Positions 57,032 through 64,000 of a stretch of DNA of 64,000 nucleotides are shown here, piece after piece. The stretch comes from Akkermansia muciniphila. GTDB lineage: Bacteria; Verrucomicrobiota; Verrucomicrobiia; Verrucomicrobiales; Akkermansiaceae. The position numbers were made by a program, and so were the translations under genes. The notes under the pieces were generated by a model. It was given only the letters and a program-made list of their open reading frames with translations, was not told the origin of the DNA and ran no database searches. Position 1 is the first letter of the stretch. Each line of letters begins with the position of its first letter. The stretch lies in the NCBI GenBank assembly GCA_945874895.1, contig CAMCIC010000012.1, forward strand, positions 4,885 to 68,884, written 5' to 3'.

Positions 57032-57254
57032 AATCAAAGAATTCATGATTCTGATACTTTCCCAAATGATTCACATCAGACTTTTCTGGGTGATAATAAG
57101 AAAAGATGATTCATCGCAAAAGTCAAATCATCGTTTTATTACACTGCAACGACTTTTTCTATTTTTCCACTTTGAATCGAGCGATAGATCGCATCGATTA
57201 CTAGCAAATCACGCAGGCCTTCTTCACCGGACGGGCTGAACTCTTTGCCATCGA
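57032..57254. repeat. 223-nt dispersed repeat, copy B (partner at 47351-47573)
   Basis: See copy A. Copy B covers the last 116 nt of the intact oxidoreductase gene plus 107 nt downstream. It contains ATGATTC at 57045, 57066 and 57106. Confidence 0.9.
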
Positions 57255-58221
57255 TGATGGCTTGGGAGAAAGCCTCGATCTCTAGCTGGAAATGATCCAC
57301 GTTCGGGAGATCGAGATGGTTTTTTTCACCGCTGCAAAATCCTTTCAGGCCGGTATATCCGAATGCTGGCTCCAATCCGAATTTGCCACGTTGGCAAACC
57401 GCGGTAAAATCATTGTAGCCATTGAACAGATACGTTGTGGTGCACTGTGCGCTGCGTCCTGAAGCAAACTTCATCTGCCAGTTGATCGTTTCATCAACCT
57501 CAGCAAATTTGACAGGATCCGTTTTGGTCTCGATCGCCGATACCTCCACCGGTTCTTCGCCCATGAGATAGCGGCAAGCTTGCAGAGCATAGATGCCGAC
57601 ATCCATCAAAGCGCCACCGCCCGCTAAGGCTTTTCGGAGACGCCATTGCTTCGGATCACCGCTCTGGAATCCGAAATTGGCTTGGATGTGTTTGACTTCA
57701 CCAAAAACTTTCTCTTGCGCAAGGCGCATTGCCTCACGGTGATGCGGTTCGAACTGACAACGGTAGCCCACTCCTAACAATTTTTTGGCGGCGGCACAGG
57801 CTTCAATCATCTTGCGGCAATCGTCGGGTGTGTTTGCCATAGGCTTTTCGCAAAATACATGCTTACCCGCCTTCGCGGCACGCTCGACATATTCACGATG
57901 CATGGAGTTGGGCAAGACGACATACACGACATCGACATCGGTGTCGTCGATGATCCTATCAAAGTTTTCATAGTTGTAGATGTGGTTGGCATCGAAGCCA
58001 TACTTTTCGCTCCACTGCTTGCCCTTGTCTGGACTTCCCGTTACGACTGCGGCAAGGCGTGCGTTTTTTGTTTTGCTCAAAGCCGGGGCGATTTGCTTGG
58101 TGCTCAACGAGCCGAGTCCGACGACTGCCCAGCCGAGTTTTCTCGGAGTTTCCTGCGCTTGAGCAAAGGGTGCAGCGAGCGACGCGCCGCACAATGTTTG
58201 GAGAAATGGTCTGCGTTGCAT
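57139..58221 (-). CDS. Gfo/Idh/MocA-family NAD(P)-dependent oxidoreductase, TAT signal
   Basis: ORF 57139-58290 trimmed to the ATG at 58221 (MQRRPFLQTLCGASLAAPFAQA, twin-arginine). Rossmann motif GWAVVGLGSLS, followed by EKPMA and a typical C-terminal alpha/beta domain. Confidence 0.85.
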   Translation of the reverse strand: MQRRPFLQTLCGASLAAPFAQAQETPRKLGWAVVGLGSLSTKQIAPALSKTKNARLAAVVTGSPDKGKQWSEKYGFDANHIYNYENFDRIIDDTDVDVVYVVLPNSMHREYVERAAKAGKHVFCEKPMANTPDDCRKMIEACAAAKKLLGVGYRCQFEPHHREAMRLAQEKVFGEVKHIQANFGFQSGDPKQWRLRKALAGGGALMDVGIYALQACRYLMGEEPVEVSAIETKTDPVKFAEVDETINWQMKFASGRSAQCTTTYLFNGYNDFTAVCQRGKFGLEPAFGYTGLKGFCSGEKNHLDLPNVDHFQLEIEAFSQAIIDGKEFSPSGEEGLRDLLVIDAIYRSIQSGKIEKVVAV

Positions 58222-58562
58222 GATGCATGAAGTTAAGTTGATGACCACAAGCACGGCAATGGGAAACTCCGCCATGGCCAGCAACCGCATCCGCGCTCAG
58301 TGGTCTGTTGCCGTGAGCGTAGATGGGAAGCTACGAACGAAGATCGTAGCCCCGCTCCAGAGAGCCGCGTGAGAATTTGCACATGGCGTATTCAGTTAGG
58401 TCTCGGCTGAGGTTTCTCGTCACCTGCGTGGTTCGATGACCCACTTTCTTTGCTCCAATGAAGAATGCGTCCGGACGCGTGCGAGAGAGTCTTGTCTTAT
58501 TTGCGCTCGACAAGACTTATGCACACGTATACAAAAACCTTACCCGACTGAGTTGGGATGCT

Positions 58563-60443
58563 ATGGAACAAATCGCTTCTCACAAGAAATCGGTGTCTTG
58601 GAAAATGGCTCTCGGCGCGTTGGGCATTGTTTTTGGAGACATTGGAACCAGTCCTCTTTATGCCTTCCGCGAATGTTTTGCTGACCATGTCGATAGTGTC
58701 TCGCAAAATCTTTGTGGTGCTGCTTCGCTGATCATCTGGTCGATGATTTTGATTGTTTCGCTCAAATACGTCACCTTGATCTTGCGCTTGGACAACAAGG
58801 GCGAGGGTGGCATTTTATCGCTCTCTGCTCTGGTTCGAGGCAAGCGGGCGATGCTGGGTTTGCGCGATCGCCCTTGGTTGTTTGCTGTGGGCCTTTTGGG
58901 AGCGGCACTGATCTACGCTGATGGTATGATCACGCCCGCCATTTCCGTTCTGTCGGCTGTGGAGGGGCTCACGGTGAAGGCGCCCAATCTCTCTAACTCG
59001 GTAGTGCCCATCGCCTTGGGCATCATCGTTGCCATATTTGCGATCCAACGGCACGGCACGGGCCGAGTCGGAGTCTTGTTCGGCCCCATCATCTTGCTCT
59101 GGTTCGCTGTCATTGGTTTGCTGGGTGTGAAATGGATCCTGCAAGCTCCCTCCGTATTGTGGTCGTTGAATCCTTGGAGTGGCGTGCGGTTTCTTTTCCA
59201 TGAATTTGAGCATGCCCTGCCGATTCTCGCGGCCGTCTTTCTCTCGGTGACGGGAGGTGAGGCGCTCTATGCCGACCTTGGTCACTTTTCCGCAAAAGCG
59301 ATTCGTCACGCATGGTATTTTGTGGCTTTCCCTGGTCTGGCTTTGAACTACCTTGGGCAGGCAGCCCTGATGCAGGTGCATCCGGAATCAACCCACTCGT
59401 TCTACAATCTGGTCTCAGAATCATGGATTCTGCCGCTCACCATACTTGCCACGGCGGCGGCCATCATCGCAAGTCAGGCTCTGATCTCGGGCGCGTTTTC
59501 ACTGACTTCCCAAGCGATCCAGCTCGGATGTCTGCCGCGGCTTCGCATGCTCTACACCTCGGAGACAGAAAAAGGTCAGGTGTATCTGCCGCCTGTGAAT
59601 TGGCTGTTGATGGCGGCGTGCTTGTTCTTGATTTCGAATTATGAGAAATCCAGTAACCTTGCAGCGGCCTACGGAATTGCGATTTGCCTCACGATGACCG
59701 TCACTACCCTGTTGTTCCATCAGGCTGCACGCATTGTGTGGAATTGGTCGCCATGGAAATGCTATATGGCTACGGCAGCATTTTTATCAGTCGATTTTGC
59801 CTTCCTGCTGGCCAATGGGGCCAAGATCTTCCATGGCGGTTGGATGCCCTTGGCCGTGTCTTTTGTGATCATTTTCCTCATGACCACCTGGCGCTGGGGG
59901 CGCGAACGGTTGGGCAAACGAATGGAAAAGGCCTCGATTCCCACGACCATGCTGATCGAAGATCTCCAGCGCAAAAACGTGCATCGAGTGCCTGGCACGG
60001 CTTTTTACATGTGCGGCAAAACCGGTGGCGTTCCGCTCGCTCTGTTGCACAATCTGAAACACAATCAGGTCTTGCACGAGCGCGTGATTCTTTTGCACGT
60101 GGAAACGCTGGATTCCTCACATGCCATGCCCGACGAGCGCTATGATGTGCAGGAATGGGGTCAGGGCTTCATGCTGCTCCAACTGCGTTTCGGCTTCAGC
60201 GAAACTCCCAATGTTCCCGCAGCGCTCAAGGAATGCCTCACCGGCGAGGTGAAGTATGAATCGCAGAAATCCACATTTTTCCTCGGGCGTGAAACGTATG
60301 CCGTCAGTCGTGGGCTGAATGCTTGGGAACGATTCCGCCTAGCGATTTTTGCTTGGATGACACGCAATGCCACTCCCGCTACGGCTTATTTTTCCCTGCC
60401 GCCTTCGCGGGTCGTGGAACTAGGTGCGCAGATTTCTCTCTAA
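58563..60443 (+). CDS. kup: KUP/HAK/KT potassium uptake transporter
   Basis: ORF 58458-60443 trimmed to the ATG at 58563 (MEQIASHKKSVSWKMALGALGIVFGDIGTSPLYAF, the canonical Kup N-terminus). About 12 TM helices plus a cytoplasmic C-terminal domain. Confidence 0.92.
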   Translation: MEQIASHKKSVSWKMALGALGIVFGDIGTSPLYAFRECFADHVDSVSQNLCGAASLIIWSMILIVSLKYVTLILRLDNKGEGGILSLSALVRGKRAMLGLRDRPWLFAVGLLGAALIYADGMITPAISVLSAVEGLTVKAPNLSNSVVPIALGIIVAIFAIQRHGTGRVGVLFGPIILLWFAVIGLLGVKWILQAPSVLWSLNPWSGVRFLFHEFEHALPILAAVFLSVTGGEALYADLGHFSAKAIRHAWYFVAFPGLALNYLGQAALMQVHPESTHSFYNLVSESWILPLTILATAAAIIASQALISGAFSLTSQAIQLGCLPRLRMLYTSETEKGQVYLPPVNWLLMAACLFLISNYEKSSNLAAAYGIAICLTMTVTTLLFHQAARIVWNWSPWKCYMATAAFLSVDFAFLLANGAKIFHGGWMPLAVSFVIIFLMTTWRWGRERLGKRMEKASIPTTMLIEDLQRKNVHRVPGTAFYMCGKTGGVPLALLHNLKHNQVLHERVILLHVETLDSSHAMPDERYDVQEWGQGFMLLQLRFGFSETPNVPAALKECLTGEVKYESQKSTFFLGRETYAVSRGLNAWERFRLAIFAWMTRNATPATAYFSLPPSRVVELGAQISL

Positions 60444-60529
60444 CGAGAGAGTCATGCCCTGCAGCTGATTCCATGATTTTCCGATCTTTTGATTGCGGTT
60501 GAAATTTTTTTTGCTTCATTTTGTTCGAG

Positions 60530-60973
60530 ATGAAATTGCTCCTGTCATTTGCTTCCCTCTGTCTGATGGTTCCCTTGTATGCCGCTGCTCCAACGATCAA
60601 AGTCGAGGTGACGGTCAATGACCAGATCCGCTACAGCACGAAAAGACTCGAGGGCAAGGCGGGAGTTCCGATGGCCATTACACTCAAGCACACGGGGAAA
60701 ATCCCGAAAGCGAGTATGTCCCACAACATGGTCATTCTCAAGCCCGGTAGCATGGTCGCCAGCATTTCCGCAAAATGCGGTCTGGCCAAGGATACCAACT
60801 ACATCGCCAGTGATGCAGAAACCAGATCGGCCATTCTTGCTTTCGCCCCCCAGTTGGGACCAGGCGATTCGCACGTGATCAAGTTCACTCCCAAGGAGCC
60901 AGGAGACTATCCATTCCTTTGCACCTTCCCCGGTCATTTCGGAGAAATGAGCGGCATCATCACGGTGAAATGA
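60530..60973 (+). CDS. azurin-like type-1 (blue) copper protein
   Basis: The ORF-track start at 60521 is TTG; the ATG is at 60530 (MKLLLSFASLCLMVPLYAAA, signal). It aligns by eye with azurin: VNDQIRYSTK..., MSHNMVIL (His ligand), and FLCTFPGHFGEMSG (the C-x4-H-x3-M copper ligands). Confidence 0.8.
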   Translation: MKLLLSFASLCLMVPLYAAAPTIKVEVTVNDQIRYSTKRLEGKAGVPMAITLKHTGKIPKASMSHNMVILKPGSMVASISAKCGLAKDTNYIASDAETRSAILAFAPQLGPGDSHVIKFTPKEPGDYPFLCTFPGHFGEMSGIITVK

Positions 60974-61064
60974 AGTTCACAGAGTAAACAACCACACCCT
61001 TCACGGGAAACGTCGATAGCGCCTGCAAGCCACGGACGGATGGCCTTGCACCGCAGGACGCCCA

Positions 61065-62360
61065 TCAGACAAAAAGATCCGTCACGGGTTTACCCTTGTT
61101 GCCGATGTTGAAGGGTCGACCGCTAGGACTGACCACTGCTTTTTCGATCGGTATGCCGCAGGCATGTGCTACTGTGGCGTGAAGATCGCCAACCGTGACG
61201 GGATTCTCCGCCACTTGGCCGCCAGCGGCATCACTCGCACCATAGACAAAGCCGCTCTTGGCTCCACCTCCCGCAATGACCGTAGAAAACACCAGCGGGT
61301 GGTGACCGCGACCACTGCCATCAAAGGTGGGCTTGCGACCGAACTCTGTGGCTACTACGACCATCGTACTTTCTAGCAATCCACGCGTATGGAGATCGTT
61401 GATCAGCGCGGCGAAGGCGACATCGAATTCAGCACCGCGCTCCTGCATGCCACCCTCGATGTCCTTATGCATGTCCCAGCCACCACTTTCTACCTCGATG
61501 TAGCGCACACCACCCTCGACCAGTCGGCGTGCGAGCAGGCATCCTTGACCGAAGCGATTCCGGCCGTAGCGCTCACGCAGTTCGTTTGGCTCTTCATTGA
61601 GATCAAAGCACTTCAGGTCTTTGCCCTTCATCAGGCGGAGAGTGCTTTCGTAAAAATCATTGTAGGCGATGATGCTGGGATCGTTGACGGTTTCGGTGAA
61701 TTTCCCATCGATGTCGCGTAGCATGGCCAAGCGTTTTTGCATGACAGTGGATTCCTCTTGGTTGACCGCGTGTTTTAGTCCTTCATCTGGATCCAGAATG
61801 GGTAGGGGACTCATCGTGGCAGGCAAAAAGCCATTGCCATTGGTTGAAGGTCGATTGATACAAACACTGCTTGGTAAGGTGTCGTGGCAGGGCCCCAGAT
61901 ACTTGTGCGCCCATGCTCCGAGAGTGGGGTGAACAATCGTACCACGCTTCTCGAAGCCCGTGCGCATGAGGTAACGTGCCTGTTCGTGTACGCCGACTTT
62001 GGCCGTCATACTGCGAATGATCGCAATTTTATCCGCTACCTTCGCGGTCTGTGGAAGAAAAGAGGAGAGTTGAAATCCGGCCTTAGTGCTGACCGCGGAC
62101 CCTGGGCCTTTTGAAGCCCCTGTTTTAGGATCAAAGCTGTCGATCTGACTCAGTCCGCCAGACAATTGCAACATGATGACAGCCTTGGCTTTGCCAAATC
62201 CAGGCAAGGCCGCATGGATCGGCGGCCGTGCTGTCTCGGCGGCTTCCGCCATACTTCCAGACATCATGGGCAGAAGGCTCACGCCAAAAGCGGAACGAGC
62301 CATGCGTTCGACAAAAATCCGGCGTGTCACTTCACTCGATTTGGTGTGATCTGATTTCAT
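61065..62360 (-). CDS. DUF1501-family protein, TAT signal (second copy)
   Basis: 431 aa. Signal RRIFVERMARSAFGVSLLP. Blocks: LQLSGGLSQIDSFDPK, ESGGWDMH, VVATEFGRKP. Confidence 0.85.
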   Translation of the reverse strand: MKSDHTKSSEVTRRIFVERMARSAFGVSLLPMMSGSMAEAAETARPPIHAALPGFGKAKAVIMLQLSGGLSQIDSFDPKTGASKGPGSAVSTKAGFQLSSFLPQTAKVADKIAIIRSMTAKVGVHEQARYLMRTGFEKRGTIVHPTLGAWAHKYLGPCHDTLPSSVCINRPSTNGNGFLPATMSPLPILDPDEGLKHAVNQEESTVMQKRLAMLRDIDGKFTETVNDPSIIAYNDFYESTLRLMKGKDLKCFDLNEEPNELRERYGRNRFGQGCLLARRLVEGGVRYIEVESGGWDMHKDIEGGMQERGAEFDVAFAALINDLHTRGLLESTMVVVATEFGRKPTFDGSGRGHHPLVFSTVIAGGGAKSGFVYGASDAAGGQVAENPVTVGDLHATVAHACGIPIEKAVVSPSGRPFNIGNKGKPVTDLFV

Positions 62361-62385
62361 GTTTTTTTTCTAACGGAATGAAGCA

Positions 62386-64000
62386 TCAAGGAATGAAAAG
62401 AAATTCCCGCGAGTTTAACAAAACCCACGAAATATCGGGGAGCGTGAGTCCATCCTTCAGGGCATCGAGGGATTTTTTCATTTCGCCGGCATTCGGTGGT
62501 CTGCTGAGAAAACTGATATAGAGAGAATGAATCCGCGCGGCGTCTCCGGCGGCATTTTGAGATTGGGTGATGGCCAATGAATTCCGCGTGATCATTTCCT
62601 GAACGGGACCATTCATGAGCTGCAACAACTGTGGGACACTGCCGTCCACGGTGTTGGTATCGGATACCAGCCGATCGCTTTGCCCGAAGAGTCGCAGCAG
62701 ATGATTTTCTGGCGCTGGTTGTTGAATCTCGCTCGCGCGCGCCAGCAACAAGCCATTGCGATAAGCGGGGGTGCCCCCTTCATAGAAGGCTGCGATCGCT
62801 TTGCCATTGCCACCGTTTTTTTTGCCACCCTTGGCCATGGGGCGGTTTTCCTTAAGCTCATTGATGACAGCTCGCACGGTTTCGGCGCTGATTTGATCGT
62901 TGGGAATGTCGGTTTTTTGGAGGTCATCACCCCGGCGCAGTAGGATTTGATCGGCTTCGTCACCCGTGGTGAGAGCGATGATGGAATCCCACACTTGCTC
63001 GGCACTCATGCGCCGTATTACCGGACCTGGGAAGCGATAGGCTTTCGGGTCCTCCGGTGGACTGCTGGCCAGACGTTGGTAGGCCGCGGTATGAAACAGG
63101 ATGCGTTGAAACTCCCGCAGGTCGAACTTCGCCTGCTTCATGTAGGTGGTCAGCTGTGCCAGCAACGCGGGATTGCTGGCTTCCTCCGGATCATCCATGT
63201 CTGATACCGGTTCCTGCACGGCGATACCGAAAACTTTTTTCCACAAACGATTGGCGATGGCCGTGGCGAACCGGGGATTTTCTGGATGCACCATCCAGTC
63301 GGCAAATTGATTGCGCAATTGCTGCGCGCTGGAAGTGCTGATCTGATAGGCGGGATTGTCCTTTGCCGTGTCGCTCCAGCGGATCAAATCGGGAGTCGCA
63401 TATTGCCCGGGAGCCGCATCCTTGTATTTGTAATCGATAGGAAACTTCAGTTTGTTCTTGTTGAGATCGACCAGATGGTAGGGATTCGATGCCAAGATCT
63501 GATTGACCGCTCCGCGGTTGAAATTCGCCATTTCTGGAGACTTTAACAAACGCCGCGTATCGCGATAGACGTCTTCGTGAAAACCATCGGTAGCGCCGAA
63601 AAAGGCAGCCATGCTGTAGAAGTCATGCTGCGTCCATTCGGCGAAGGGGTGATCGTGGCATTGCGCGCAAGAAACATTGGCCCCGAGAAATGTGGTCAGT
63701 AGATTCGAAACGCCATCAAGTGGCATTTGCGCATCGCGAAGAAGGAAGCCGGCCGCGCCATTTTGATTGAGTTTCCCATCAGCGGTAAGCATTTGTCGAA
63801 CCATGTGATCCCATGGGGCATTCATGGCAATCTGATTTTTGAGCCAGTCTTCGTAGAGATACGACTTAGCACCTTTGCCGTAGTCATCCTTGACCCGCAG
63901 CATATCGGCGAGCCAGTTGTACATGTGCATGGTGTAACCCGGCGAGTTGAGCAATTGATTGATCAATCGCGCGCGCTTGTCGGGAGCTCGATTCGATAAA
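62386..64000 (-). CDS. DUF1549/DUF1553 (PSD1-type) protein; N-terminus outside the window
   Basis: The frame stays open to the window end (the ORF-track start at 63966 is TTG). Blocks: LINQLLNSPGYT, CAQCHDHPFAEW (CXXCH), NRLWKKVFG. It ends 25 nt upstream of the DUF1501 partner. Confidence 0.85.
   Translation of the reverse strand, partial: LSNRAPDKRARLINQLLNSPGYTMHMYNWLADMLRVKDDYGKGAKSYLYEDWLKNQIAMNAPWDHMVRQMLTADGKLNQNGAAGFLLRDAQMPLDGVSNLLTTFLGANVSCAQCHDHPFAEWTQHDFYSMAAFFGATDGFHEDVYRDTRRLLKSPEMANFNRGAVNQILASNPYHLVDLNKNKLKFPIDYKYKDAAPGQYATPDLIRWSDTAKDNPAYQISTSSAQQLRNQFADWMVHPENPRFATAIANRLWKKVFGIAVQEPVSDMDDPEEASNPALLAQLTTYMKQAKFDLREFQRILFHTAAYQRLASSPPEDPKAYRFPGPVIRRMSAEQVWDSIIALTTGDEADQILLRRGDDLQKTDIPNDQISAETVRAVINELKENRPMAKGGKKNGGNGKAIAAFYEGGTPAYRNGLLLARASEIQQPAPENHLLRLFGQSDRLVSDTNTVDGSVPQLLQLMNGPVQEMITRNSLAITQSQNAAGDAARIHSLYISFLSRPPNAGEMKKSLDALKDGLTLPDISWVLLNSREFLFIP

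Noticed and set aside
57038-57052. AGAAT-N5-ATTCT in repeat copy B resembles the AGAAT-T-ATTCT palindrome at 12329-12339.
   Set aside because: The arms are only 5 bp and AT-rich, the spacing differs, and the genomic contexts are unrelated. It is most likely coincidence.
58291-58562. Possible c-di-AMP (ydaO-type) riboswitch upstream of kup.
   Set aside because: I could not find the conserved ydaO sequence blocks or the pseudo-two-fold architecture by eye. It is kept only as an unexplained set of hairpins in the findings.
1-64000. I scanned for CRISPR arrays, rRNA and tRNA genes, integrases or intact transposases, reverse transcriptases, restriction-modification systems, toxin-antitoxin pairs and known defence-system ATPases or nucleases.
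   Set aside because: None was seen. There are no regularly spaced direct repeats, and no ORF shows the corresponding motifs. The only mobile-element trace is the degenerate IS630-like fragment at 42041-42600.

Overview
The gene content of this 64-kb window suggests a Verrucomicrobiota (PVC superphylum) chromosome. That is an inference from three DUF1501/DUF1552-type gene pairs, a PEP-CTERM protein with autotransporter-associated beta-strand repeats, and lipoprotein or TAT signals on many products. All family calls come from reading the ORF translations and recognising motifs; no searches were run.

Main contents:
- Housekeeping genes: hemB (partial), cysS, rpsP, rseP, pnp, rpsO, accA, acpP, rfbB, hpt, kup.
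- A contiguous sulfur/Fe-S block at 5.8-16.4 kb. The minus strand carries porin, yezD-like, Rrf2, sbp and cysTWA. A Fur-like gene and sufCBD diverge from it on the plus strand.
- An accessory stretch at 36-58 kb: a 1743-aa secreted M60-like/LamG/Ig-repeat protein flanked by gene relics, a GH10 xylanase, a PEP-CTERM repeat protein, and a tightly coupled five-gene secreted-enzyme operon containing a DUF1592/DUF1552 pair. That operon is bracketed by two paralogous AraR-type (GntR-HTH plus sugar-binding domain) regulators.
- A colinear 223-nt duplicated segment (47351-47573 and 57032-57254).

I found no rRNA, tRNA, CRISPR array, intact transposase, reverse transcriptase, or recognisable defence or toxin-antitoxin system. 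No single locus stands out as a clearly novel system. The best candidates for follow-up are the DUF-pair operon with its regulators and repeat, the porin-linked sulfate uptake cluster, and the giant M60-like protein island.

Many ORF-track starts are non-ATG extensions, so I trimmed them to the first plausible ATG or signal peptide where noted.
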